A stretch of DNA of 64,000 bases from the UHGV virus genome UHGV-0010228; one strand, written 5' to 3'. Below, piece by piece: positions 46,980-58,169 of the stretch (positions are counted from its first letter, which is position 1; each line of letters opens with the position of its first letter). Made by a program: the position numbers and the translations under genes. The stretch comes from a virus. The notes under the pieces are model-generated. The model was not told the origin of the DNA. It was given only the letters and a program-made list of their open reading frames with translations, and did not search any database.

Positions 46980-48047
46980 ATGAGTGAAAGAGTTAAAGAT
47001 GAATCAGTATTTAGATCCAATTCATTTATTATGGAATCTTTACGTAAAATGGCATTAGATCAGCCTGTATCTGATAGAATGCATTATGTTGATAGTGCAA
47101 TAGAAGCTATGATAGATCAACCTACAAGCGGTAGACTTATTCAGTCTATGTATAAAGAAATAATGTCAATGGCTGATATTGATTTTGGCAAAGTTCCGGA
47201 TAGTAAGGGCGATCTTACTAAGTATGCTTATTATTCTCAGCTTGTAAAGTGTATTGAAATTTTAAATAATTTGGCAAAGAATGCTCCTAATAGTGACACT
47301 TCAACAATAACAACAATGAATAATTTCCATAACGTATTACTCGATGCTAGAGATGATTTTGTTTTTGGATATAGATTTGGAGTTGATTTATTAAAGCATA
47401 TATATCAGATAAACGTGTTAGTATTACACGAACTAGTAAATGCATGTATTATAGAAGTTACTGACGCATTAAAGACTGCTGCTAGTGGAACTAATACTCC
47501 AATAATGGGTAATGCAAGATCTAGATCTAATTTATTTGTAGATATTGCTAATAATTTTATTAATATCTACAATAAAGGTGATTGGGCAACATTTATGAAA
47601 GCTTATAGAAAAAATAGCTCTAATCTTTTTGGTACTAGAGGTGAGGTATTTATTGCTGAAGTTATTGGTAACTCTACACTTATTGCTGGCTCATTAGCAA
47701 TACCGGGATTAAGATGGGTTGCTATAGTTGTTGGTGTATTTATTGTGGCTAGAATTGCAACTAGAGCATTCTATGCTGCTAAGTATAAGATGGGAGATTA
47801 TGCTAAGTATCAGGCAGAGTTAATAAAGGCTAATATGGCTGCAGAATATGCATCTGGAGATGACACTACTAAACAGACAGAATTAGTCGAAAGACTTGAA
47901 GATCTCTCAGCTAAATTACTTGGTAAATATAATAAGACTGAAAGAAAAGCAACTGCAGATATTAAAGTATCTAATGCTCAGAATTATAATAAGACTGAAC
48001 TTAATAACGCGGAAACTTTCTCAGGTTTGGATTTTGAATTAGTATAG
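46980..48047 (+). CDS. Hypothetical protein with a central TM helix
   Basis: RBS 'taggagg'. 'LIAGSLAIPGLRWVAIVVGVFIVARIATRAF'. Confidence 0.55.
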   Translation: MSERVKDESVFRSNSFIMESLRKMALDQPVSDRMHYVDSAIEAMIDQPTSGRLIQSMYKEIMSMADIDFGKVPDSKGDLTKYAYYSQLVKCIEILNNLAKNAPNSDTSTITTMNNFHNVLLDARDDFVFGYRFGVDLLKHIYQINVLVLHELVNACIIEVTDALKTAASGTNTPIMGNARSRSNLFVDIANNFINIYNKGDWATFMKAYRKNSSNLFGTRGEVFIAEVIGNSTLIAGSLAIPGLRWVAIVVGVFIVARIATRAFYAAKYKMGDYAKYQAELIKANMAAEYASGDDTTKQTELVERLEDLSAKLLGKYNKTERKATADIKVSNAQNYNKTELNNAETFSGLDFELV

Positions 48048-48058
48048 ATTTAATATAA

Positions 48059-48090
48059 ATATGGTATAGACTTTAAAGTCTATACCATAT
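48059..48090. terminator. Bidirectional terminator between convergent genes
   Basis: Perfect hairpin 'atatggtatagactttaaagtctataccatat'. Confidence 0.7.
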
Positions 48091-48093
48091 TTA

Positions 48094-51000
48094 TTATTTA
48101 CAAAATTCGTCTAGTAAGTCATTTTCTAATGCACCTATTTTAGTATCATATATATCAAAATCTCTAATAGGAGATTTGATAATAACTCTTTTAGGTGTAT
48201 ATAAGCCATCAAATCTTTTTAGTATTGTAGTCTGAACTGTTTCTTTTATATAATGAAGAATATTGGATGTTTTATGAATGTATGGTTGTTCCACAGGGAC
48301 TCTATATCCATCTACAAATATTCTAGCAAACTTAAAGTTTATATTATCAGTATATTTTACAAATGTTGTATATGATGTATTATCTCCCCAAGTTAAGTTT
48401 TTATTATAAGAATCGGTCAAGAAGTTACTGTTATATTTATTATCGCTATACCAATCAAATTCTATAGTATCATAATCAATTGGTGTATGAACTAATACTA
48501 TACTATCAAGAGGATTTATCTTTGATGATATATTAGGGTCATTAGATCCTGCTCCTAAATTGGTTATTTTAAGAGTTACATTATCATTTGCATTTGTTGG
48601 CATTACTAATGTATATTCATCATTAGATAATAATCTTCCATTAATATACAATTCATATTTATTAGAATTAATTGATGCTCCATTTAATGGAATTAATATA
48701 CTATTAGTCTTTGATAATTTTTCGGCATTTATTATTGTTGTATTAGTTAAACTACCACCATTTGTTACTGTAATTCTACGATTCAATAAAGCATCATTCT
48801 TTAATTTAATTGAGAGATCTTTTAGACTTATATCTTTATGGGAAAGATCACCATCTGCGTAAGTTGGTATATCTGAAATATCATCAGATGATATTTCTAC
48901 ACCAGATTCTTTAAGAATGATTGGGATTGTATCTTTAGTTGCATACATTTCTTGTAACGATGTAAGTAAATATATAATATCTCGTTGGGTAGCAATAACT
49001 TCACGATATTCGCTAGTTGCAGGATCTTTATATTTATATTTATTAGCAGTTATTATGAATTCAAAATTACTCTTATCATAGATTTCGCCAGTAATTGAAT
49101 CGATAAACATAAGATCTTCTATTTTTATCTCATCAAGTTCACTATCTGAGAATATAAATTGATAGTCATTTTTCATTGTAAATTTAATATCGTCACTAAG
49201 CATATATTCTGATGATGATGTGCTTTTATTATAAATATCCGCAGTGATATCATCACCATTATGAACGTTTTCATATTCGCTAATTACTGTATTAGGATGA
49301 TATATTTTATCATATATGATTTTTTCTTTTATTTTCTTTACAGTATTATCACTAGATGCTGTATAAATATACTGGTTATATTGATCTGGTACTACTTCAT
49401 TTATTTCATCACTATGAGCTTCGAAACTCCAAAGCACTTTACCATTAGATGCTTTTAATTTATATAGTTTATGATCTGTAGATGCTACAAATACATATTT
49501 TTCATTTGCTGATAATGCAACTTTCCATATATTCTGTCCAATAGGAGATTCCCATATTAATGAACCATCACCAGAATTAAGCTTACGAACTATTCCATCT
49601 TCGCCACCACTATATAGTATAGTATTAGAAGAATCTATTATAAGTGAATATGTTGGTTTGGATGAATACGTTTTTTGCCATAATCTCCTAGAATCTTTAA
49701 CTCTAATTTTTGATATTGAATAATCATCGTCCGTTTCACCACTCACATATTTATATGTATAATAATCATCAATGCACAATGCATAAGTTCTATTTACTGC
49801 GGTTTTATAAACTGATTCATCTTTTCTAGTTTCAACGTCTATTATATAAACATTATTATCACTAGATGCAATATACAGATTATCACCATATATATCAGTT
49901 GCAACTGAATAAGGATATCCTACCGGTACTTTATATGTCCATTCAAGTTTACCTGTTTCACTCGATAATTTTCTTACAGTACCAATTTTATCTGCAGTAT
50001 ATATATCATCATCAATAAGTAATAAATCCAATACATCATCACTATTAGTATTTGTCCACACAACTTCCTGAGTATATATTTTACCAGAAGAACTATCAAT
50101 AGATTCTGATGCTAACATACGTTTTACTGGTAATTGATATCTACCATTTATATACGTTAAATTACCACCCATCTTAGTTTCTGTAAGGTATCTCAAAATA
50201 TAGTTAGTATTTTCTTTAATATTCTTTGCCTTAAATGATTTATTTATTGTATGAATTTCAAGATTATCAATAAAATTATACAATTTTACATATATATATG
50301 GATCACTATTTGCTAATATTAGTAATTTATCAAGCATATACCCTCGAATATCGCCTTTATAATCACTATCGATAAAATCATAATGGCCATAATCTGGAAT
50401 TATAGGATTATAATTCTTGATAGATAATATTTTATTATTACCAACCAATGTATTATATTCTGTACGGCCTGTTAAGTTATTCATAAATTCAATAGCATGA
50501 TTATCATATACATAATTAATATGTGACTGATTATATTCGTATAATTCAATATATATCGAATTATGATTTCCTTCATGTACAACTATACGTTTTATATCTC
50601 CTTGAGAATCTATAATGTAATTATACTTACCATTACTATCCATCATAGATTTTATAACTGGATATTGTGGATCATTAACCAATTCACTTATTATGGCTCC
50701 AGTTTCAGCATCATATTTGTCTAAATGACCATTCTGTTTACCAACTAATATAAACTTCTTATCTAATGACATATCAATACTATTGATCATTGATAAACAA
50801 CTACTATTTCTCCATGTGATAGTAAAAGTACTTGTATTATAACACAATAACTCACCAAGATAATTTCCAGTATATAATCTAGTATTATCAGAAGATAATA
50901 CAAAGTTATATAATCCACCAGAACCAGTTACAAATACCGTTGATAATATCGGATCACCTGTGCTTGCTAAATGCGAGCTAAAATATGTTTGAGTTATAGG

Positions 51001-52503
51001 ATCTGGCCCTACTCTACCACAGAATAAAGTTATATCATCATTAGAAATTTCTAATTTATATGCATCATTAGTTACTGAATTGATTGTGTTAGTCCATTCC
51101 ATTGCACCTTTATCAGTTGTATATGAATTAATTTCACCTGTAGATCTAGCAGTAAATACAGAGAAATTAGTTTTATTAACACAGACATCATTTATGCAAT
51201 GTTTATTATATGATATCGTCCATAATACTAATCCTAAAGAAGCCTCAATCTTAAGTAATGCACCATCACTACAACCTACATATAGGTATTTTTCATCGTA
51301 TGTAAGGGTATTACATGTGAATTCGCAATCATAATCATTTGTCCATAGAGTAATATTGTTATCAATACTGAAATATGATAATTTACTCTTTCCGTCTTTT
51401 GTAGATGATATATATACAAATTTATTATCTTTAGTAACTATAAAATTAGCATCACTTCCGAATTCAATATTTGCTAATGTTGTTACAATAACTTCGCTAT
51501 ATGATAATGAATTTGAGAAGTTATATAAATCAGGAAAAGCAAATTCTGAATATATATCACTAGGAACTCTACCTGCATGAACTTCCATATCTCTATTATA
51601 GTCATATACTCGAATATTCTTAATACTAGTAGTATACTCAGAATAGTTAGTTGATATAATAGGTAACGTTTCATCAGATGCCTGATGAGTGATGATATTA
51701 GTTCTATGAGGTCTATTTATTATGTAAATATCCGATACTGATGATATAACACTCTTATCATTAAATATTTTTGAATATGTAAAACTTATATTTGATTGAG
51801 AAATACCATTACATACAGCTGGAGTTACATAATATAATTTAGAAGTTCTCCCCATGGGCACATACAAATCCCAACTATTTGACTCAATTATTCCTGATCT
51901 CATTAATGATGATCTAGGTATTGTTATCTGTGATTTATCACCCGAAGATCCAATAGTCTTAGTAGTAACTTTATATACAGATGCGTATTCTTCATACCAT
52001 AAATTAATAAATACATTATCAATTATGTAATCGGATATAGTTTCATCAGACAATATGTCTTTAGATATAAACATTATAGTCTTATTATATTTAGTAATTA
52101 CAAATGATATATCTAATATAGAATATTTTCCGAATTCACACATTATTTTATAACTAAATATATGATTAGTATCTTTAAATATGTCCATTAATGATATTGA
52201 CATATCATATAATTTATTATATGCTCTAATAAATTTATACCTATCTCTGATAGGTATAATATTATCATCAAATATATAAGAATAAGTACCAACTGCATAT
52301 CCATATTTAGCATTAATATCTTTTCTGATTTTAAAATCATCTATAGATATAGTGCATTCGAAATTTGGAATTAATGAAGCTTCCATTATTCTTGATCTAG
52401 AATAATTCTCATGCATGGCCTGATGCCAAAAATATGCAATCAATTTATCATCATATCTACTATTGAAATAATATGATGCATTACAAAAATAAGGGTTTTT
52501 CAT
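48094..52503 (-). CDS. Giant protein (1469 aa) with two PQQ/WD-like beta-propeller domains. Candidate virion fibre or receptor-binding protein.
   Basis: Repeated blades 'Y(V/T)(G/A)S.DG.L.K....G...W', for example 'YVGCSDGALLKIEASLGLVLWT', 'YSGGEDGIVRKLNSGDGSLIWESPIG', 'FVASTDHKLYKLKASNGKVLWSFEAH' and 'YTASSDNTVKKIK'. Confidence 0.6.
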   Translation of the reverse strand: MKNPYFCNASYYFNSRYDDKLIAYFWHQAMHENYSRSRIMEASLIPNFECTISIDDFKIRKDINAKYGYAVGTYSYIFDDNIIPIRDRYKFIRAYNKLYDMSISLMDIFKDTNHIFSYKIMCEFGKYSILDISFVITKYNKTIMFISKDILSDETISDYIIDNVFINLWYEEYASVYKVTTKTIGSSGDKSQITIPRSSLMRSGIIESNSWDLYVPMGRTSKLYYVTPAVCNGISQSNISFTYSKIFNDKSVISSVSDIYIINRPHRTNIITHQASDETLPIISTNYSEYTTSIKNIRVYDYNRDMEVHAGRVPSDIYSEFAFPDLYNFSNSLSYSEVIVTTLANIEFGSDANFIVTKDNKFVYISSTKDGKSKLSYFSIDNNITLWTNDYDCEFTCNTLTYDEKYLYVGCSDGALLKIEASLGLVLWTISYNKHCINDVCVNKTNFSVFTARSTGEINSYTTDKGAMEWTNTINSVTNDAYKLEISNDDITLFCGRVGPDPITQTYFSSHLASTGDPILSTVFVTGSGGLYNFVLSSDNTRLYTGNYLGELLCYNTSTFTITWRNSSCLSMINSIDMSLDKKFILVGKQNGHLDKYDAETGAIISELVNDPQYPVIKSMMDSNGKYNYIIDSQGDIKRIVVHEGNHNSIYIELYEYNQSHINYVYDNHAIEFMNNLTGRTEYNTLVGNNKILSIKNYNPIIPDYGHYDFIDSDYKGDIRGYMLDKLLILANSDPYIYVKLYNFIDNLEIHTINKSFKAKNIKENTNYILRYLTETKMGGNLTYINGRYQLPVKRMLASESIDSSSGKIYTQEVVWTNTNSDDVLDLLLIDDDIYTADKIGTVRKLSSETGKLEWTYKVPVGYPYSVATDIYGDNLYIASSDNNVYIIDVETRKDESVYKTAVNRTYALCIDDYYTYKYVSGETDDDYSISKIRVKDSRRLWQKTYSSKPTYSLIIDSSNTILYSGGEDGIVRKLNSGDGSLIWESPIGQNIWKVALSANEKYVFVASTDHKLYKLKASNGKVLWSFEAHSDEINEVVPDQYNQYIYTASSDNTVKKIKEKIIYDKIYHPNTVISEYENVHNGDDITADIYNKSTSSSEYMLSDDIKFTMKNDYQFIFSDSELDEIKIEDLMFIDSITGEIYDKSNFEFIITANKYKYKDPATSEYREVIATQRDIIYLLTSLQEMYATKDTIPIILKESGVEISSDDISDIPTYADGDLSHKDISLKDLSIKLKNDALLNRRITVTNGGSLTNTTIINAEKLSKTNSILIPLNGASINSNKYELYINGRLLSNDEYTLVMPTNANDNVTLKITNLGAGSNDPNISSKINPLDSIVLVHTPIDYDTIEFDWYSDNKYNSNFLTDSYNKNLTWGDNTSYTTFVKYTDNINFKFARIFVDGYRVPVEQPYIHKTSNILHYIKETVQTTILKRFDGLYTPKRVIIKSPIRDFDIYDTKIGALENDLLDEFCK

Positions 52504-52512
52504 AAAAACCTC

Positions 52513-53784
52513 CTATCTATTAGAAGCTATACAATATACAAAATATTCATATATTGCCCTTCTAAATCTATTTAAGGTATCTGCTCTATTAGTAGTTCTA
52601 TAGGTTTTACTACCGGCAAGTAACCATTTATCTATATATTTTTTAACGATAGCAATATTTGGGTCATTAGAATTACCTTTTTTATAAACTTCATTCATAG
52701 ATACTATAAATCTTTTAGATTTAATTTCTCTAACAGTTCTTTTTTCCGTGATTAAGAATAAATAGAACATTGCTTGAAAGAATTCATTTAATTCATCATG
52801 ACTTTGCCCATTGTCATCATTTAGTACGATTTCAATAGAATTACGCATATCATCAGCAGATACTCCACGGTTTTGAGCCACAAACTTTATCCATCGTTCA
52901 TCGGGTCTATTTGATAAGAATTTTGTCGTATACTTATCAGCTAATCTACTAACATCACCAAGATTTGATTCATCTTCATATGATTCGCCTTCTTCGTTTA
53001 TAGAGTTAGCAGTAAATATCGCATTCTTATTCTCATTATTCTTATATGCAACTTCTGCATATCCTGTCATATAACCTTTAAATTTTGTAGTTATTCTATC
53101 CGCAACCCATAAGAGGGATTTGTAATCAGAATACTCTTTAATATCATCCTCATATGTTGCTATGGCGTTGAATATTCCATATTCGATCCATTTCTGAACT
53201 GAACCTAATGTTTTTAATCTAAATCTATTAGACAGATTATTTACAGTATATTCATGAATAACCTTAGGAAGATTATATCTAGGAAATGATATCTTATATG
53301 CCTGCCAATAATAATTGTATCCCATATAATAAATGAATCCATTTATAAATTTAGGATCTGCTTTTATTTTCCATAAGGCATTAAGAATCATCAATTCAAT
53401 TACATGGTCAAATTTACCTACAACAAATGCCTTCTTCATCGTATATGAAGAAGGCACTTCTATTTTACTGATAGATTCTTTTATGTCTTCTTCACTAACA
53501 TTAGCACAGTCAAAATATATTCCTCTATCCTTATTATTAAATCTATTATAATCATATGGATATGGAGTTTCAAATATTTTAATATACCGCTGACGGTAAA
53601 GCGCAATATATTTATAAAGCTTTTTTACATTGACAAAATTATCCTTCTTAAGGCTTTCCTCAATAGTTTTAGCATACGTATCTCTCATCGTATATTTCTT
53701 TTCAAAAGTATCTGCAAGACGACGCTGCTCATCTGTTGTTACCTTATCAGAAGTATCAATTTCAACTTTTGGAAGCTTTTGCAT
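52513..53784 (-). CDS. Hypothetical protein (423 aa)
   Basis: RBS 'aaggagg'. Minus-strand AACA-N6-TA upstream (plus-strand 53814-53825). Confidence 0.55.
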   Translation of the reverse strand: MQKLPKVEIDTSDKVTTDEQRRLADTFEKKYTMRDTYAKTIEESLKKDNFVNVKKLYKYIALYRQRYIKIFETPYPYDYNRFNNKDRGIYFDCANVSEEDIKESISKIEVPSSYTMKKAFVVGKFDHVIELMILNALWKIKADPKFINGFIYYMGYNYYWQAYKISFPRYNLPKVIHEYTVNNLSNRFRLKTLGSVQKWIEYGIFNAIATYEDDIKEYSDYKSLLWVADRITTKFKGYMTGYAEVAYKNNENKNAIFTANSINEEGESYEDESNLGDVSRLADKYTTKFLSNRPDERWIKFVAQNRGVSADDMRNSIEIVLNDDNGQSHDELNEFFQAMFYLFLITEKRTVREIKSKRFIVSMNEVYKKGNSNDPNIAIVKKYIDKWLLAGSKTYRTTNRADTLNRFRRAIYEYFVYCIASNR

Positions 53785-53837
53785 TATAATTAACCTCCTT
53801 CTAGATTTTATTAAGGTGGTGTTTTGGAAAATGGATT

Positions 53838-53872
53838 ATAAAAAAAGGAAGCTTAGAGCTTCCTTTTTTTTA
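53838..53872 (-). terminator. Rho-independent terminator
   Basis: 'ggaagcttagagcttcc' followed by T7 on the minus strand. Confidence 0.65.
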
Positions 53873-55414
53873 AACTATACTTAAGAATTCTAAGAATTCA
53901 TTTGTAATATCATCGTTATCTACACTTGTTAGTACAAATCCATTTATATTAGGATTAAAATCTATAAATTCAAATGTGCAATTTATAATTGCTGACAGCA
54001 TTTTTAATATTGGATCATCTTTACTATCAATTTCTGCTATATATTTGAATTTTTCCGATATTATACTTTTATATATTGGAGATTGTGTTATACCTTCAAT
54101 GAATTTTGTATTCTTAATTATATTCTCTTTATATTTACTTGTAATAGTTGCTGTAGTTATCTGTGATAATAGTGGCATATTTGATAATTGAAATATTTTT
54201 TTCATGTATAATAGTAATAATATTGTAGTTTCGCGATTTAAACTATATATTGCATATGTATCATGAAACATTTTGCTATAGAATGAATGCATTAAGAATT
54301 CGGTAATTGAATTTAATACTACATGCTCATTATAGAACTCTAATTCATGATCTTTAAATTCAATAGCATGATAATTCTGCTTAATCTCTTCTATAACATT
54401 TTGAATATTAACATCACTTATCAACACATTAGACTCATCAATCTTATATGCCTGCATATCCAATGCTTCTGCTCTGGATAAATAATCATCAGAATCATTT
54501 GATGAATCATTAGAATCTATTTCGTATGGCTTATTATTATAATTCTCTCTGCCATAATTAGTGTTATATTTATTAATAACTCCATCAATAAATGATACAC
54601 AACTCATTCTATAATCAAGTTTATAAAGAGATTTAACGATGATAACTCTATGGATTAATTCATCAGTATATAAAGCTAAAGAGTCTCCTCTAAGTTGTTT
54701 TTTCTGATAGTGTATATGCCTATTATTATTGTAAGACTTTTCAGCTCTATAATCAATAAATTTGCATAATGGAATATACACTTCAACATCATTCTCTTCA
54801 AATCTTGATATTATCTTTGTGAATATCTTACAATATGCATCTAAGTAATATGTCTTCTCTTTATATTTAAATGAAGTTCCAATATTCTTATAGTGAATGC
54901 ATAATGGTAAAATGATTCTAAATGCAAAAGATAATGCAATAATTTGTTGAGCTTGAGCATTTGTAATCTTAGGTGTATTCTTATATTTACCAGAAGAATC
55001 TGTATTGATATTTATGGTATACAGATCTTTAGACATTTGCTTGCATTTTCTTATAAAGTCATCAGTTATTATTCGTTCTAAAACTAAATTCCTGAATGCT
55101 TTTTGTGATATACCTGGATTCTGATCAATAATAAATTTAATTGATAATGTTGCTAAAAATGATGATTTGTCAGTGTCATAAAACGCTAAGAAATAATTAA
55201 TATGATGGACTATATCTGCCATCTTCTTTTTATAATGATTCATATTTATATAATAGATCGATAATGGACTTTCATTCATTCCGATCTTATCATATTGGGC
55301 AACAACAACTTCATTCTCATACTTATAGTATAAGTCTGCTTCGGTTGGTTCCCATTTTGCTAATTCAGGTCTGATAATTGTGTTGTCTTCATTCATTTTG
55401 TCTAAATCCTCCAT
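53870..55414 (-). CDS. Hypothetical protein (514 aa)
   Basis: RBS 'atggagg'. Promoter-like 'tatattcatatattgtataagtg' upstream on the minus strand (plus-strand 55434-55456). Confidence 0.55.
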   Translation of the reverse strand: MEDLDKMNEDNTIIRPELAKWEPTEADLYYKYENEVVVAQYDKIGMNESPLSIYYINMNHYKKKMADIVHHINYFLAFYDTDKSSFLATLSIKFIIDQNPGISQKAFRNLVLERIITDDFIRKCKQMSKDLYTININTDSSGKYKNTPKITNAQAQQIIALSFAFRIILPLCIHYKNIGTSFKYKEKTYYLDAYCKIFTKIISRFEENDVEVYIPLCKFIDYRAEKSYNNNRHIHYQKKQLRGDSLALYTDELIHRVIIVKSLYKLDYRMSCVSFIDGVINKYNTNYGRENYNNKPYEIDSNDSSNDSDDYLSRAEALDMQAYKIDESNVLISDVNIQNVIEEIKQNYHAIEFKDHELEFYNEHVVLNSITEFLMHSFYSKMFHDTYAIYSLNRETTILLLLYMKKIFQLSNMPLLSQITTATITSKYKENIIKNTKFIEGITQSPIYKSIISEKFKYIAEIDSKDDPILKMLSAIINCTFEFIDFNPNINGFVLTSVDNDDITNEFLEFLSIV

Positions 55415-55465
55415 TTATTCTCATTAACTATTCACTTATACAATATATGAATATAATTAAAGAAA

Positions 55466-56206
55466 CTAAAATTTCTTCGTTTTAATTGTGACACTACTTC
55501 GTTTCATTCTTTTAGATGCTGTACTAACTTTAGATACTTTTTTAACCTTTTTAGAACCCTGATCGATCTGTTCTTTTATTGGTCGCTTATTTGCTGCAAT
55601 TTTAGCCTCATTTTTAGTAACTCTTTTACCATCGATCTTGTCCTTTTTATAAGCATTCATGATCTCATCCTGAGATCTAACGTATCTAGCAATACTATTA
55701 TATGTTGATTTAATAGCAATATTATTTATATGACTAACTCTACTTATAATATTTTGACGTATAAATAATAGTGCTAAATATAAGCTACGTTCAGCACCAA
55801 TAACATCAAATCTGTTTCGTTGAGTTGCTAATCGTTTTTTAACTTCAGGATTATATTTATTTAATAACCATTTACATAGCATTTTTTCTCTATAAAAAAT
55901 ATTAGCATATGTAAAGATAAAAGATGGACAATTACTAAATACTGTAAAATCTAAATTATATATGTCAACTTCTTCAGGTTTAAGTTTATCAAGATCAAAT
56001 TCAAGTACTACATCATAATTATAATTCTCATTAGATTTGGATGGTACTACAATATGAAATATAGCATGATTCTGATTTTTATACACTTTATACTCAAACT
56101 TAGTTACTAATTTTGAGTATTGATCCTTGTAATCTTCAATAATTTGCTTAGACGCAAATGCCGCACCTTTACCATAAGGATTTTGTAAATACTCTAGCAT
56201 ATTCAT
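55466..56206 (-). CDS. Hypothetical protein with a very basic C-terminus
   Basis: 'KRPIKEQIDQGSKKVKKVSKVSTASKRMKRSSVTIKTKKF'. RBS 'caggagg'. Confidence 0.55.
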   Translation of the reverse strand: MNMLEYLQNPYGKGAAFASKQIIEDYKDQYSKLVTKFEYKVYKNQNHAIFHIVVPSKSNENYNYDVVLEFDLDKLKPEEVDIYNLDFTVFSNCPSFIFTYANIFYREKMLCKWLLNKYNPEVKKRLATQRNRFDVIGAERSLYLALLFIRQNIISRVSHINNIAIKSTYNSIARYVRSQDEIMNAYKKDKIDGKRVTKNEAKIAANKRPIKEQIDQGSKKVKKVSKVSTASKRMKRSSVTIKTKKF

Positions 56207-56294
56207 AATCTAAAATCCTCCTGTTAATATTAATTATACGTTAAACAGTTACATATATGTTAGATCGATATTGAATAATTAAAGGAGGTATACT

Positions 56295-56843
56295 ATGCAT
56301 CAGTATAGCCCATGTGATATTTATCTATCAGGTGGTTCGATTAATAATGCTGAAAATAGACAGGAATTTAAAGAATCTATAGCATTAAAATCCTTAGGTT
56401 TGTCTATTACTGAAATGACGAATAATCAAAATAATAAGCCTGAAACTAATGACTGTATGGCATCTATGAGATTATATTCTAAATATAATGTCTTTATTAT
56501 TGCGCCACCAATAAGTAATGAATATGATTATAGTGTATTAATGCAGGATTTAGTTCAGATAATGGAAATCGCATCTACAAGAGGAAGGGATCATCTTATT
56601 CCAATATTTTTAAGATCTTCTAAATCTGGAACTATATCTGAAGTAATATGGAACACATTACAAACGATAATATATCAGCTATCAGAATATTTTCACATTC
56701 CAATATTCTATAATATTAAATCTGCAGTTGATCATATAGAAAGATTAGAACATGCAACTACCATAGATGAGTATATTGCAGCAATGAATTATCGCGATTA
56801 TGATGAATTAATATATTATCATGAAAATGAATTAAATAAGTAA
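56295..56843 (+). CDS. Hypothetical protein
   Basis: RBS 'aaaggagg'. AACA-N6-TA at 56244-56255 overlaps the 'TTACATATATGTT' element. Two tandem terminator hairpins at 56853-56896 and 56928-56966. Confidence 0.55.
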   Translation: MHQYSPCDIYLSGGSINNAENRQEFKESIALKSLGLSITEMTNNQNNKPETNDCMASMRLYSKYNVFIIAPPISNEYDYSVLMQDLVQIMEIASTRGRDHLIPIFLRSSKSGTISEVIWNTLQTIIYQLSEYFHIPIFYNIKSAVDHIERLEHATTIDEYIAAMNYRDYDELIYYHENELNK

Positions 56844-56963
56844 CAAAAAAATAAAACGATGATCCGGTGGGGAGCCATCATCATCGTTTTATTTTACCTT
56901 CTGTTTAGTTACACGAACATCACGAGTAAATAAGATAACCGCTTTGGTTATCTTATTTATTTT

Positions 56964-58169
56964 TTATACCTGACCGTTCATATATATTGCATGATGTATA
57001 TCCTGACAGTCAGTGAAGAAATTATTGTCAACTGTTGGACGATATTTATTCCAACAGTTTTTAAGTTCTTCTGGAGAAGCCTCATCTGAGAATTTCATTT
57101 GATCATATAATGGATCGAAGCAGTTCAACCAATGTGGATGTTCCCTCTTCCATTTTTCGTATATTTCACCAAAGTCTTTCTTTGCATGATAATCAAATCT
57201 CAACTTATCAGCTTCATAGCGATTTCGTATTTTAAAGTTCTTAAAATACTCTTTACCTTCATCTCGCTCAAGGAAGCAATTTATCTGATTTTCGTTATAA
57301 GTTTTTAACTTGGCAAGTTTCTCACTAAAGATCTTGCTTCGTTCATTTGGATGAATAGAATAAAATTCTAATCTATTTTCCAAATCAGATATTGCCATTC
57401 TACGATATGAAAGCTCAGCACAGACCTGATCATGAGAATCTATTATTACATCAGGTGCAACGACAAGTTTCCGCTTACTCATCATTCTACGCTCTAACGC
57501 TTCGATATCTTCTCCGATTCTATCTGCCCAATACTTTCTAATATGCCATGCAGCTCCGGCTTGACTTTCAGGAGATCTTGGCATAATAATTTCGATTCCC
57601 ATTTCTTTACCCTTACGAGCATATTTAGGAATCTCCAGCTGAGAAGCATCAAGATAATCAGCTGGCTTATAATATGGAGAGAAATTATCAACTAAATATT
57701 TTTCAGCTTCTTCCGGAGTCATATTTAAAAGATCTCCTGAAACTGCTAATGCGAAGAATTTCTCTCTTAATTCCTGAGGCCAATGAGTATAGATACTAGC
57801 CCAATGTTTTTCCCACTTATGCCTATATCTAGCTTTGGTATCAGGAGAAGGATTGTCGTGTAAATAATCTGCACGAATATCATTATTCTCTTCGCGATCA
57901 TATCTAATATTTTCAACAATTCTTCTTACATCCCTTAACTGAGTTGGCATTTCAGGATCAACATACGGTGAATTATGTGCTGACCATTCAGGATCCCTAT
58001 CATACCAACTCTCCGGATCACCTAATACACCATCTTGAAGAATGGGGTCGAGATCATCGATCTCTTTCTGGCTCATAGGTTTATACTTCGGATATTCGGG
58101 ATTAATCGGGGAGTTAATATAGTCAGTATCTTCAATTTCGAACTGACCTAATAATCTACGCCCTTCCAC
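56964..58169 (-). CDS. Hypothetical protein, GC-richer
   Basis: 401 aa at about 36-38% GC. Overlaps the upstream gene by 22 nt. Confidence 0.55.
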   Translation of the reverse strand: MEGRRLLGQFEIEDTDYINSPINPEYPKYKPMSQKEIDDLDPILQDGVLGDPESWYDRDPEWSAHNSPYVDPEMPTQLRDVRRIVENIRYDREENNDIRADYLHDNPSPDTKARYRHKWEKHWASIYTHWPQELREKFFALAVSGDLLNMTPEEAEKYLVDNFSPYYKPADYLDASQLEIPKYARKGKEMGIEIIMPRSPESQAGAAWHIRKYWADRIGEDIEALERRMMSKRKLVVAPDVIIDSHDQVCAELSYRRMAISDLENRLEFYSIHPNERSKIFSEKLAKLKTYNENQINCFLERDEGKEYFKNFKIRNRYEADKLRFDYHAKKDFGEIYEKWKREHPHWLNCFDPLYDQMKFSDEASPEELKNCWNKYRPTVDNNFFTDCQDIHHAIYMNGQV

